Positions 19,013 through 28,793 of a stretch of DNA of 64,000 nucleotides are shown piece by piece. Below the pieces are notes generated by a model. It was not told the origin of the DNA. It did no database searches and saw only the letters and a program-made list of their open reading frames with translations. The position numbers and the translations under genes were made by a program. The stretch lies in contig JACRKG010000045.1 of the NCBI GenBank assembly GCA_016215315.1, positions 19,204-83,203 on the forward strand, written 5' to 3'. Position 1 is the first letter of the stretch; each line of letters begins with the position of its first letter. The DNA is from Candidatus Woesearchaeota archaeon. GTDB lineage: Archaea; Nanobdellota; Nanobdellia; Woesearchaeales; ARS49.

Positions 19013-20278
19013 ATGGAACAAACATTATCGACTTATTTAAGAAAAGGAAAAGATATTCTAGAAAAGTACGGAGTTAAATCAACAAGAGATTCAAGATTAA
19101 TAACTCTTTTATCAAAAGCTCAAGACGTTGACGAAGGAAGAGTTCTTGCAATTTGTCAAACAATACAATACATGGACGATTTCAACGAATTAGCAAGAAG
19201 TAAAACTGGCGAAATGCATTTTGCAGACAGATACAATGATATTACTAAAACATTCGAGTCAATAAGAACAGATTCAGCAAAATTATTACAACAAGCTGAA
19301 AACGGTATAGGATTCTTTGAAAAATGGGCAAACAAAATAAAATTCTTTTTTAAAGGAACACCAAACGACAGATTCCTTGATGGAATGGAAACAGTATACA
19401 AAGTTTGTGACGATTTAGAAACACAATTAAAGAGAGAAACAGAAATAAAAGAAGCTTACAAAGACTTCAGAACAGCTTTCAAACAAGCAGAAGTACTAAC
19501 GTTTGAAGTTTTAGAACAACAAGCAAAAATACTAACTGCTGCAGAAGTAGCATTTAAAACAGCATCAGATGCAGTAACTAATTACAAAGGCGAAAACAGA
19601 TCAGAAAAATCAAATTTAGAATTAGCAAGAGATGAAGCAGAAAGAGCTTACGAAGCACAAAAAGAAAAAAGAGATATGTTAGAATTTATAGCTAACGATA
19701 TGGTTCAAAGCTATAACACAACAGAAGGAATAGTTGCAAGTGTAAACGAAACACACAAAACAAAAAACGCAGTTTACATGAGATCAGTATCCTTCATAGG
19801 AAACAACGAAACTATGTTCACTATGATGAGCGTAGCTTACACACAAATCTTAGGATTAAATGAAGGAACCAGAACATTGAAATCAATTAAAGAAGCAGCT
19901 ACAAAAGGAATCCAACAAATGGGCGACTTATCAACAAAAGTAAACAAAGAAGGAGTAACTCAAGCATACGGAATCGGAGTAGAAGCTGAAGTAATAAGAG
20001 ATTTCAACAGAAAATTAACTGATCAAATCGTTGAATCAAGAAAACTAGAAGAAGAACAAAGAACAGCAAACCGAGAAAACACAGTTAAAATAGAACAATA
20101 CTGTCAAGAAGAATTTGAAAGAAGAAGAAAAGGAGCTTACAAATTCTTAAGCGACGAAGATAAAGCAGCACTAGAAGTTAAAGTTGAAGAACCAAAACTA
20201 TTAGCAGAAGGAAGTAGAGATAACATTAACGAACTAGTTACTGATGTAGAATACAAAGTCAAAGTAGAAAAACAATAA
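19013..20278 (+). CDS. All-helical 421-aa protein, possibly TelA-like (unverified)
   Basis: Size and K/E-rich helical composition; divergently transcribed from the coiled-coil pair. Confidence 0.5.
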   Translation: MEQTLSTYLRKGKDILEKYGVKSTRDSRLITLLSKAQDVDEGRVLAICQTIQYMDDFNELARSKTGEMHFADRYNDITKTFESIRTDSAKLLQQAENGIGFFEKWANKIKFFFKGTPNDRFLDGMETVYKVCDDLETQLKRETEIKEAYKDFRTAFKQAEVLTFEVLEQQAKILTAAEVAFKTASDAVTNYKGENRSEKSNLELARDEAERAYEAQKEKRDMLEFIANDMVQSYNTTEGIVASVNETHKTKNAVYMRSVSFIGNNETMFTMMSVAYTQILGLNEGTRTLKSIKEAATKGIQQMGDLSTKVNKEGVTQAYGIGVEAEVIRDFNRKLTDQIVESRKLEEEQRTANRENTVKIEQYCQEEFERRRKGAYKFLSDEDKAALEVKVEEPKLLAEGSRDNINELVTDVEYKVKVEKQ

Positions 20279-20339
20279 AAAGAAAAACTTCGTTTTTCTT
20301 CTTTTTTTATTAATTTTTTTTATCGGAGGTAAATAAAAT

Positions 20340-20696
20340 ATGGCAACAAACGCAACAGCACATGTTTTTTATGGAGTACAATTAAGTGAAGAAAGAGCTT
20401 TAGAATTATTTGGAGAATACGCGAAAGAAGATATGCGAACACTAGATGATTTAGAAGGTTCTGAAAAAGTTCAAGCAACAGGATTAGACTTACATGTTTT
20501 CAGTGATGATGAATACAGTGATTTTTTAGGCGCTTACTTGGGAAGAGAACTAGGAAGCACTGGAGAAATTGCTGATGGCTCTGATTTTACTGCGATGGAA
20601 TTTAATGCAGATCTTGCAGCAGAAGTTAAAAATAAATTAGCAAAACTAGAAATAATAGAACCAGCAAAATTATACTTGTTCACGCATGCAGATTAG
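20340..20696 (+). CDS. Small acidic protein (118 aa)
   Basis: ORF with GGAGGT SD; D/E-rich. Confidence 0.45.
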   Translation: MATNATAHVFYGVQLSEERALELFGEYAKEDMRTLDDLEGSEKVQATGLDLHVFSDDEYSDFLGAYLGRELGSTGEIADGSDFTAMEFNADLAAEVKNKLAKLEIIEPAKLYLFTHAD

Positions 20697-20760
20697 GCGG
20701 ATTACCTGTTGAAACAAATTATATTGGCGGAAAATAAAATAATTTGAAAGATTTATTCTT

Positions 20761-20850
20761 TTTTTTAGTGTGCACTAATTAAATTTAATAATTATAAATT
20801 TCTGCGCAGCAGAGTTAATGTTCCGAACGCTTAGAGCAATAAAACTAAAG
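20761..20850. repeat. Copy D of repeated element (T-run, AGTGTGCAC box, TTTCTGCGCAGCAGAGTTAATGTTCCGAACGC)
   Basis: Same module architecture as 14687-14790 and 37440-37525. Confidence 0.6.
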
Positions 20851-20942
20851 CTGCACAATTAGTATGAGTTCTGTAAGGAGAAAATAAAAAAAGATGACAA
20901 GATTTAAATACTAGTAATTACTTATAATTACTGGTTATAACT

Positions 20943-21143
20943 ATGAATATCCAGATAAGCATTCACGCCAAAGAAAAAATGGATAAAGAAGGGATTGACG
21001 AAGAACAGATTAAAACTGCAATAACTAGAGGGTCTGTTTCGAGGCAAACTGATGGTTATCTTGCTTCATACACATATTTTAGTGTAGCTTATCAAAAGAA
21101 AGGAGAAATTTACAGAATAAAAACAGTATATTTGAATAAATAA
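20943..21143 (+). CDS. DUF4258-like toxin-family small protein
   Basis: IHAKEKMDKEGIDEEQIKTAI motif resembles DUF4258 (HAxxRMxERGI). Confidence 0.45.
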   Translation: MNIQISIHAKEKMDKEGIDEEQIKTAITRGSVSRQTDGYLASYTYFSVAYQKKGEIYRIKTVYLNK

Positions 21144-21144
21144 G

Positions 21145-21489
21145 GTGGAAAATATGGAAAATGAAAGTACTTGTTGGGATTGTGGGAAGAAAATGATTAA
21201 GAAAAATGTAGAGTACTCTTTGTATGGTATATTAATTGGCAAATTTCCTGCCTTGGTTTGTGATAATTGCAAAGAAACTTTATTTAGTGAAGAAACATCC
21301 AAGAAAATCACTCAACTAGTTAAAGAAAAAGGCTTGTGGGGTTTGCAGGCTAAAACAAAGGTAGGTCAGGCTGGCAAAACTTTAGATATAAGACTGCCTA
21401 AGAAAATAATAGATTTTGTAAAATTCAAAAAAGGCACAGAAGTGACTATCACTCCTGAAAGCCAAAATAAAATAGTAATAACTGTTTAG
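21145..21489 (+). CDS. Zinc-ribbon (YgiT/MqsA-type) plus SpoVT/AbrB-like antitoxin-type DNA-binding protein
   Basis: CWDCG...CDNC zinc ribbon; C-terminal LDIRLPKKIIDFVKFKKGTEVTI swapped-hairpin-like motif; 1-nt spacing to upstream gene. Confidence 0.5.
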   Translation: MENMENESTCWDCGKKMIKKNVEYSLYGILIGKFPALVCDNCKETLFSEETSKKITQLVKEKGLWGLQAKTKVGQAGKTLDIRLPKKIIDFVKFKKGTEVTITPESQNKIVITV

Positions 21490-21752
21490 TTTCTTTTTTC
21501 TTGTTGGTGTATTTGGTATGCGCCGTGGAAGTTCCATGCTGCAAAAGCAAAATCAATTACTGCCCAGCCTAATCTTCCTTGAGCTAAGTTTCCTAATCCG
21601 AAATAAGCCATTAATCCTCCTAATCCTATTAATACTCCTTTCTTGCTTATTTCTCCTCGATCATCATTCATGAAATCGCTTATATCTTTTCCTGTTTGTG
21701 CAAAATCTTTCTTCCAAGCTTCTTGTGTTAAATAATTTTTTAATGGTTCCAT
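21486..21752 (-). CDS. Small membrane protein
   Basis: Hydrophobic segments. Confidence 0.4.
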   Translation of the reverse strand: MEPLKNYLTQEAWKKDFAQTGKDISDFMNDDRGEISKKGVLIGLGGLMAYFGLGNLAQGRLGWAVIDFAFAAWNFHGAYQIHQQEKRN

Positions 21753-21758
21753 TTTAAT

Positions 21759-22163
21759 TTATTCCTCCAATTTGTTAATATCATTTCTCGTAATTCGCTC
21801 ATCTTTTTTTTCTGGAAAATCTTGACTTTCAATTCTTTGATCTAAACTGCTCTCTTCTTGTTTAGGTTTTGGTTTTGCTTCTAAATCTTTTAACTTGTCA
21901 AATACTTTAATTGTTTTTTCTGTTTCTTCTTTTCTATATAATTGTCCTTTTGCAAGAAGATACCAACCCGCTGCTGATACTCCCCACAATGCTGCTGAAC
22001 CAGTGTTGCCGTTGTAAAGATTAAGACCTGCGTTTAGTGAAGATAAAGCCATGTTAAAATAGCTTAAATTTTTAAGAAAATTTTGTCGACTGCTTAATTT
22101 AACAAGATCGTCTTTCAAAGATAGATATCCCCTTCTTGTGTTTTTGTTATAATCATGTTCCAT
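21759..22163 (-). CDS. Small membrane protein
   Basis: Hydrophobic segments AALWGVSAAGWYLLA. Confidence 0.4.
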   Translation of the reverse strand: MEHDYNKNTRRGYLSLKDDLVKLSSRQNFLKNLSYFNMALSSLNAGLNLYNGNTGSAALWGVSAAGWYLLAKGQLYRKEETEKTIKVFDKLKDLEAKPKPKQEESSLDQRIESQDFPEKKDERITRNDINKLEE

Positions 22164-22164
22164 T

Positions 22165-23040
22165 TTATTTACCTCTAGAATCTTTTTTCATGAGCTTGTT
22201 TAAGTCTTTTGCTATTCTTGATCTCAATATTTTTTTATCTTCCTCTGTTAATGGCGGCCATATTTTCGCACATATTTTTGGATCTTTTCTCACATTATCA
22301 ATCTTCTTTTTAAGTTCAGCATATCCTTCATGACTATTTTCAACGTAATTTTTTCCTAAAGTCATTCCTTGTCTTAATACTGCGCAAATTAATGTATCAA
22401 AAGGAGTTCTTCCTTGTTCAGTATCACCATAAAATACATTAGGCTCACTCAAGGTTTCTATGAAAGGAGGATGACCTGCAACTAAAGATTCATGTGTGTT
22501 CACTCCTTTAAACTCTGCATGTTCGGATAAGTTTCTTTCAAGCGTGCTTTCACTTTTTTTGTATGCTCTGTAACCTTTAGGTTGAGCAGAAATACTAAAA
22601 TATGATTTTAAAAATATTCTTAATGCGTCAGAGTCCTTTTCAAAATATTTTTCAAAACCTTCGCAATTTGGAGCTTTTCTTCCTTGAAGTAGAATTAATT
22701 TTTCTTCAAGCACACCTGCTGCATTTATGTCTTTTGCATTCCCATTGAGATAAATCAACTGGTCTTTCATATCTTCATATCCTAGGACTATTCCTCTATT
22801 AATTCCTTGGACTAAAACTGACTCTATTACAACATCAATTGGATCACGACTTCTTCCGTGTGCAAGTATGACTGTTTCTGGTATTGGTGAGAATATTTCT
22901 GTTAAGTCTTCACACAATGGCGATCCTTCAAACTTTCTTGTTTGAATTTTTGTTTTCTTGCTAACTCTGAAATTCCAATAAGCATCTAAAAATTCTTTTA
23001 TTGCTTGCTTTTCTTGCTTGAATTCCTTATATAAATCCAT
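22165..23040 (-). CDS. Hypothetical protein (291 aa)
   Basis: ORF, 1-nt spacing to downstream gene. Confidence 0.5.
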   Translation of the reverse strand: MDLYKEFKQEKQAIKEFLDAYWNFRVSKKTKIQTRKFEGSPLCEDLTEIFSPIPETVILAHGRSRDPIDVVIESVLVQGINRGIVLGYEDMKDQLIYLNGNAKDINAAGVLEEKLILLQGRKAPNCEGFEKYFEKDSDALRIFLKSYFSISAQPKGYRAYKKSESTLERNLSEHAEFKGVNTHESLVAGHPPFIETLSEPNVFYGDTEQGRTPFDTLICAVLRQGMTLGKNYVENSHEGYAELKKKIDNVRKDPKICAKIWPPLTEEDKKILRSRIAKDLNKLMKKDSRGK

Positions 23041-23146
23041 TTTAGTTAGTTTAAAACAAGTTTTTTTATAAAACTTTCTTATTTTTCACCACTTATGAAG
23101 AGTCATTTTAGAAAGCTTTATAAGCGGTTGCCTCTATCTTTCAACA

Positions 23147-23818
23147 ATGGCGTACACATTGTCTCCTGCCAGCTTGTCTGCGTTTATGGAGTGTCCTAGG
23201 TGTTTTTGGCGTTACCAAAATGAAGGATTTAGAAAACCGCAGTCATCATTTAATCCTTCTTTGCCTTCTGGAATGGATCGAGTAATTAAACTATATTTTG
23301 ATTCTTACCGAGGAAAAAGAAAAGTTCCTCCAGAATTGGCTTCGCTTAAAGGGGTTAAACTTTTTAATGATGTAACTTTGCTAGAAGAATGGAGAAGTAA
23401 TGGTAAAAATAAAGGAATAAGATGGACAAATGAAGATGGCAACACTTTAATGGGAATTGTCGATGATGTTTTAGCAAAAAAAGATAAATTAATAGTTTTA
23501 GATTACAAAACAAAAGGTTTTTCATTAGGAGAAGATTGTCATGAAAGATACCAACACCAATTAGACATTTACACTTTCTTATTGCAACAAAATGGTTATG
23601 GAATTGATGATGCTGCTTACTTGTTATTTTACAGACCTAAAGAAGTTAAAGAAAATGGAGTTGTTTTGTTTTATACTGATTTAGTTGAAGTGAAAGTGTC
23701 AGTTGATAATGCAAAAAGATTATTTGAAGACGCAATTGAAACTTTAGACGCAAAAATCATTCCAGAAGCTTCAAAAAAATGCGGGTTTTGTAAAAAGGCA
23801 GATTCAAAGAAAAAATAA
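23147..23818 (+). CDS. PD-(D/E)xK nuclease with Cas4-like Cys cluster
   Basis: N-terminal CPRC, core GIVDDV...VLDYKTK (D...D/ExK), C-terminal CGFC. Confidence 0.55.
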   Translation: MAYTLSPASLSAFMECPRCFWRYQNEGFRKPQSSFNPSLPSGMDRVIKLYFDSYRGKRKVPPELASLKGVKLFNDVTLLEEWRSNGKNKGIRWTNEDGNTLMGIVDDVLAKKDKLIVLDYKTKGFSLGEDCHERYQHQLDIYTFLLQQNGYGIDDAAYLLFYRPKEVKENGVVLFYTDLVEVKVSVDNAKRLFEDAIETLDAKIIPEASKKCGFCKKADSKKK

Positions 23819-23822
23819 TTTT

Positions 23823-24884
23823 TCACTTATTTTCTTTCACAGGTTCTTGTTTTACTGGTTGTTGAATTGTTTGTTCAGCATGTGCTTCATGCGTCTCAAA
23901 TATCTCATCATATTCATCTATTATCTCTCCTACTATTTCTTCAAGAACATCTTCTAAAGTTATTATTCCTGTGGCCTTTCCAAAGCTATCCAGTACAATA
24001 AATATGTGTGTTTTTTTTTGTCTAAATAAGTTTAAAATTTCATCGAGTTTGTTTGAGTCTTTTACAAAAATTGCATTTTTTCTCATTAATTTCCACACGG
24101 GCATTTTTCTTTCTGGTAAAACTGAGATTAAGTCTTTTGAATATAGTATTCCTACTACTTTGTCATTTATTTTGTCATAAACTGGAATTCTCGAGTGCGC
24201 TTGAGATCTTATTTCTTTGAGTAGATTGCTTTCTAGTACTGCATGTTTTTCTACAAAAAAAGTTTTTTTAATTGGCGTCATTGCTTCTTTAACGATTTTG
24301 TCTGAAAAAAGTAATCCTCTTTTCAGTATTTCGTATTCGTCTTGATCTATTTCTGGTTTTGGTAGTTTGTGATATTGTTCGTGAAATTTGTACTGTTGTT
24401 CAATAAATAGTCTTATTTCTTTTTTAGAATAAACCGAAGGTAATTCTCCGCCCAAAACTTTATCTAACACTAATGCAATGGGATAATTTAAAGGAAACAG
24501 AATCCAAATAAATATTTTGACTAACCAGATTAGTTTTGCACTGACTTTTAATGCATACTTAGCAAAAACTGCTTGAGGACCTATCTCACCAACTACAACT
24601 ATTAACAAAGTTGAGATAGCAACTGCAACAGGGCCTATGATTAACGAGCCTAAAAATATGGCAAGTGTTGAGTTGACAAGAACGTTGCCTAATAATAGCG
24701 TGCTTAACAATTGGTTTCCTTTTTTTCTTATAGGGTAAACTTTTATTGCTGCGGGATCACCCAAATCAACTTTTCTCTTCAAAATGAATGGGTTTAGGCT
24801 CATTATTCCTAGATTTAATCCAGAAAATAACGCAGAAAGAACTAATAAAAACAGAATAATTACATAAGAAAGTATTTGTTGCAT
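23823..24884 (-). CDS. corC: CNNM/CorC/HlyC-family transporter (DUF21 TM domain plus CBS pair)
   Basis: N-terminal 4 TM helices, CBS-like repeats, C-terminal acidic tail. Confidence 0.75.
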   Translation of the reverse strand: MQQILSYVIILFLLVLSALFSGLNLGIMSLNPFILKRKVDLGDPAAIKVYPIRKKGNQLLSTLLLGNVLVNSTLAIFLGSLIIGPVAVAISTLLIVVVGEIGPQAVFAKYALKVSAKLIWLVKIFIWILFPLNYPIALVLDKVLGGELPSVYSKKEIRLFIEQQYKFHEQYHKLPKPEIDQDEYEILKRGLLFSDKIVKEAMTPIKKTFFVEKHAVLESNLLKEIRSQAHSRIPVYDKINDKVVGILYSKDLISVLPERKMPVWKLMRKNAIFVKDSNKLDEILNLFRQKKTHIFIVLDSFGKATGIITLEDVLEEIVGEIIDEYDEIFETHEAHAEQTIQQPVKQEPVKENK

Positions 24885-24961
24885 TTATTGGTCACGTAAT
24901 TACACTAAAGAAACTCTTGCTTAAATACTTTGCTCTATTGATTTAAAAAGAAGGAAAAATC

Positions 24962-25045
24962 TTATTTCTTCTTCTTACATTTGCAATTTGACATTTCTTT
25001 GCCGCACTTTTCGCAAGCATTGCTACCACAACATGATCCGCACAT
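24962..25045 (-). CDS. Cys-rich micropeptide (27 aa: MCGSCCGSNACEKCGKEMSNCKCKKKK)
   Basis: GAGGTG SD 7 nt upstream; shares conserved promoter/leader with gene 14186-14638. Confidence 0.4.
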   Translation of the reverse strand: MCGSCCGSNACEKCGKEMSNCKCKKKK

Positions 25046-25051
25046 AATATT

Positions 25052-25094
25052 TCACCTCAATCTCCTTAAGAAATTCCAGTTAATAAATATTACT
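25052..25094 (-). promoter_or_regulatory. Conserved promoter/5' leader, copy 2
   Basis: Near-identical to 14642-14687. Confidence 0.5.
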
Positions 25095-25191
25095 AAAAAA
25101 GTTTGCAGTTTGTAGTTTACAACCTGCAGTAGGGGAAATTCATTTAGAACCATTGCACTGTAAACTGTGAACTGTAAACTGCCAACCAGTG

Positions 25192-26370
25192 CTAGAACTT
25201 TATATCAACACCTAAAACCGCATTCCAACCATCTTTTTCTCCTTTTACAACATTCTCTAATAGATCTTTTTTATTATGCTCCACTTTAAGTCTTAAGTCA
25301 ACATTTTTTCTCAATGGTTTGTTTATTTGTAGGCCTGCGTTATATCCTGTGTGGTTGAATGAAAGATCTGTATCGACATAATAAAATGGGCTTAGCTTAA
25401 AATTTCCCAATTTTAAATTATTAACTTGCCCTCCTCCACGGTAAGTTTCAACTTTTCCATCACCAATAAAATTAACTGGAGTTGCAAAACTTAACTCAAC
25501 GGGATTTTTTCCCAAAGCATCAACAATTGAGCTCATATTGTAAAAAGTTCCCTCAGGTGTCAAGTAAGCATTAACTATGGGGGGAGTTACTATAATATTT
25601 TTTAAATACATTCTTGTGGGTCTTTTAACTGTACTATGGCCATCAATCAAATAACCAAGAACTACTTCAATACTATCATAAGTTTGCATAGTTAAAGCAT
25701 CAGCAAGGAATGCTTGAGCAAAATAATCTCCCTCAGTTAAATTAATATTTTTTTCATTAAGAAAAAAAATATAGCTATCAGGGTCTCCACCTTCTTCTTC
25801 GCTTGGACCAGTTAAAATGTAAAAATCATCATACCATTTATTCATTAAGAAAGACAACCCATCATGCACGCTTAGTTGATCTAAATTGTTTCTAAAAGTC
25901 AAATAAGAACTATACTCATCTTGATTTAGGCCTGCAGTAGATGCGTCAAGAGATTGCTCTAGGTCTGGTTCATAACGGAATAGTTTTATAAAATTTTTAT
26001 TAAGATCAAAAGGAGAGTTCCAATGGTACGCAACAGTCATATCACCGTATCTTTTTGCCGCTCGAACATGCCCGAATTCATGACTTGCAAATTTTAAAAG
26101 ATGAGTTAATTCATTATCAGCAAGTAATGCTAAAGTTCTAGTGCCAAAATTATTCTTCCAATTTTTATACAAATAATCACTTCCTTTACCAACTACTTGG
26201 TCTGAAGAATACCAATCATTACTGTTTGCTTCGAAATTAGTTATGGGATTGTTAAAGTCTATTTTTAATTCTCTTTGAGGTGAATTGATAGTTTGAGCTT
26301 CAACACTTGAAGGAATAAAAAAAGAGGTAGCTAAAACTAAAGATCCGACTAGATTTTTTAATACCCCCAT
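25192..26370 (-). CDS. Secreted HExxH zinc-metallopeptidase-like protein
   Basis: N-terminal signal peptide; HEFGH motif. Confidence 0.5.
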   Translation of the reverse strand: MGVLKNLVGSLVLATSFFIPSSVEAQTINSPQRELKIDFNNPITNFEANSNDWYSSDQVVGKGSDYLYKNWKNNFGTRTLALLADNELTHLLKFASHEFGHVRAAKRYGDMTVAYHWNSPFDLNKNFIKLFRYEPDLEQSLDASTAGLNQDEYSSYLTFRNNLDQLSVHDGLSFLMNKWYDDFYILTGPSEEEGGDPDSYIFFLNEKNINLTEGDYFAQAFLADALTMQTYDSIEVVLGYLIDGHSTVKRPTRMYLKNIIVTPPIVNAYLTPEGTFYNMSSIVDALGKNPVELSFATPVNFIGDGKVETYRGGGQVNNLKLGNFKLSPFYYVDTDLSFNHTGYNAGLQINKPLRKNVDLRLKVEHNKKDLLENVVKGEKDGWNAVLGVDIKF

Positions 26371-26407
26371 TTTCAGTTATTGATTTGGTAGGGTTTTTAT
26401 AAATTTA

Positions 26408-27778
26408 TTGACCAAAGAAATTATTGAAATATTGAAGATAATTTTCATAAATAATTTAAATGTTCAGTTAATTCTCAGTTTAATGATTCAAATAGCTTCA
26501 GAGCAGCCAAAAACTTGCGGTAGCGAAGGTTCTGGACAATTATCTGCTTCAGCTCAAGAAGAATTAGAAAAACAAGCATACAGAATTGTTGGAAGACATA
26601 GTGCAGTAAAGACTTGCGGCTGGACTAAAAACATGATTCGCGGTGAAGGCGGCTGCTACAAATTAAAGTTCTACGGCATAATGAGTCATCAATGCATGCA
26701 AATGACAACAAGTATTAGTTGTGCTAATAGGTGTACTTTTTGTTGGAGGGGCTACAAAGCACCAGTAGCAAAAGAATGGAAGTGGGGTGTTGATGATCCA
26801 GAATTTATTCTAGAAAATAGCTTAGAAGCACATCACGACTTAATTGTTGGCTTTAAAGGAGGTAAAAAAACAAACGAAAAATTATTTGAAGGTTCTCAAG
26901 AAGTAAAACATGTAGCTCTTTCACTGACTGGAGAACCTATAACTTACCCAAGAATAAATGAATTACTAGATTTATTTAATCAAAAAGGAATTTCTACTTT
27001 TTTAGTAACAAATGCGCAATATCCTGAACAAATAAAAAATCTTAAACCAGTAACTCAGCTTTATGAAAGCCTAGATGCACCAAACAAGGAATTACTTAAA
27101 GAAATTGATAAACCATTATTTATTGATTTCTGGGAAAGAGCAAATCAAAGTCTTGATTATTTGAAAGAAAAAAAACAAAGAACTTGTATTCGATTGACGA
27201 TAATTAAAGGAGTTAATGATGTTGAGCCAGAAAATTATGCAAAACTAATACTGAAAGGAATGCCTGATTTCATTGAAGTAAAAGCATACATGTGGGTCGG
27301 AGCATCAAGAGAAAGACTAAACAAAGCAAACATGCCATTACACGAAGAAGTAATTGACTTCACGAAAAAATTAATTCAATACTTGCCAGATTATGACATA
27401 GTTTCAGAACACATTCCTTCAAGAGTAATAATGTGCGCTAAAAAGAAATTCTTCAAAAATGGAAGATGGCACACGTGGATTGATTTCCCAAAATATCACG
27501 AACTAGTAAATTCCGGAAAAGAATTTGTGACAGCTGATTATTTGAAACCCACACCAAGTACAGGACTTTCAGGCAAAGGAACTATCGATAGAAGAAAAGA
27601 ATGGGAAGAAATAAAGTTAGAAAAAAAAGAAAAACAAAATGAGGAAAAACAAAACAAAGAAAAAGAATCTCAAGAAGTTTACGTTAACGAAACAATGCCC
27701 GAACTAGATTTCTGGCAAAAAAAAGAAGAACAAACAACAGAACAAAATACAGAACAAAAACCGCCAGGTGGATGCTAA
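26408..27778 (+). CDS. taw1: tRNA 4-demethylwyosine synthase (Taw1/TYW1, radical SAM); true start possibly 26483
   Basis: KTCGWTKNMIRGEGGCYKLKFYGI.SHQCMQM....CANRCTFCWR; CxxxCxxC; K/E-rich C-terminal extension. Confidence 0.75.
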   Translation: MTKEIIEILKIIFINNLNVQLILSLMIQIASEQPKTCGSEGSGQLSASAQEELEKQAYRIVGRHSAVKTCGWTKNMIRGEGGCYKLKFYGIMSHQCMQMTTSISCANRCTFCWRGYKAPVAKEWKWGVDDPEFILENSLEAHHDLIVGFKGGKKTNEKLFEGSQEVKHVALSLTGEPITYPRINELLDLFNQKGISTFLVTNAQYPEQIKNLKPVTQLYESLDAPNKELLKEIDKPLFIDFWERANQSLDYLKEKKQRTCIRLTIIKGVNDVEPENYAKLILKGMPDFIEVKAYMWVGASRERLNKANMPLHEEVIDFTKKLIQYLPDYDIVSEHIPSRVIMCAKKKFFKNGRWHTWIDFPKYHELVNSGKEFVTADYLKPTPSTGLSGKGTIDRRKEWEEIKLEKKEKQNEEKQNKEKESQEVYVNETMPELDFWQKKEEQTTEQNTEQKPPGGC

Positions 27779-27813
27779 AAAGTTTGTAGTTTGGTGTTTA
27801 TGGTTTACGGGAA

Positions 27814-28245
27814 TTATTCTCCTTTTTTCTTCACAACGCTAACAAAACAACTAGGTACTTTTCCCATTTTGTCTTCTGAAAAAAGATCACACATTCTTGC
27901 TCCTGAACCATTAGGTATATTTGTGGGAAATTTAACTATGTCACCTACTTCAATTTGGTCTTCTAAAGCTAGTAACGGTTTCGCAATTCGAGTATCTTCT
28001 ATCATTTCTTCATATATGCTGAAAGTATAAATTCCTTGTTCTGTTTCAACTTTTAATGCATAACTCATCTCGCTGATACTTATTGGTTCTTTTCTAAAAA
28101 TTGAGTTAGGATCATGATTCAAAAGAGGCACAGAGCCTAGTTCTTTAACAACTTTTCCTTGCAAATAATTTGTTGGTCTAGAATAACATCCTCCAAATAA
28201 AATGGTTAATGCAGCGATACTTAGCACTTTGTTTAAAGTTCTCAT
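27814..28245 (-). CDS. Lipoprotein, paralog 1
   Basis: Signal peptide plus Cys (LFGGCYS); conserved LQGKVVKELGSVPLL ... VPSCFVSVVKKKGE. Confidence 0.5.
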   Translation of the reverse strand: MRTLNKVLSIAALTILFGGCYSRPTNYLQGKVVKELGSVPLLNHDPNSIFRKEPISISEMSYALKVETEQGIYTFSIYEEMIEDTRIAKPLLALEDQIEVGDIVKFPTNIPNGSGARMCDLFSEDKMGKVPSCFVSVVKKKGE

Positions 28246-28248
28246 TTT

Positions 28249-28692
28249 TTATTCTCCTTTCTTCTTCACAACGCTGACATAACTGCTAGGAACGTTGCCT
28301 GTTTTATCGTCTTGAAAATATATGGTTGTATCCCCATTCATCACAGATACATCTCCCAGAGCAAATCTAACAGTATCTCCTTCTTCAATTTGTTCTTCCA
28401 AAACAAGTAGAGATTTAGGAGTTATTATATTTCCTGCAATATCACGAAATTTTTTATCTTCATAAACCGCAAAAGAATAAACGCCTTGATCTGTTTCAAC
28501 TTTCAGACCATAACTTAATTCTCCTATGTTTGTTCCTCCATCTTTAAAAATTGATCTTACTTTTAACAGAGGGGCAGAACCTAATTCTTTAACAACGCGT
28601 CCTTCTAAATATTCTGTAGGTCCTAGTTTTTGGGGGCAACCACTCAATGAAATTGCCAAACTAACAATGCCTAACAATTTTTTAACATTCAT
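28249..28692 (-). CDS. Lipoprotein, paralog 2
   Basis: LSGCPQK lipobox-like; LEGRVVKELGSAPLL ... VPSSYVSVVKKKGE. Confidence 0.5.
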   Translation of the reverse strand: MNVKKLLGIVSLAISLSGCPQKLGPTEYLEGRVVKELGSAPLLKVRSIFKDGGTNIGELSYGLKVETDQGVYSFAVYEDKKFRDIAGNIITPKSLLVLEEQIEEGDTVRFALGDVSVMNGDTTIYFQDDKTGNVPSSYVSVVKKKGE

Positions 28693-28793
28693 AGAATGAA
28701 TAAATGAAACAAGTTTTATAAGTCTTTAATCTTATTATTGTTCTTAAACCCGTAAGGGCAGTGACGACAACCACTTTTGCAACAAAAACCTTT

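Noticed and set aside
20797-20840. Possible 5S rRNA-like fragment (gagttaatgttccgaacgc vs 5S ...CCGAAC...GAAGTTAAGC)
   Set aside because: Resemblance is limited to short words; no helix I-V structure or full length, and the same block recurs as part of the repeated element.
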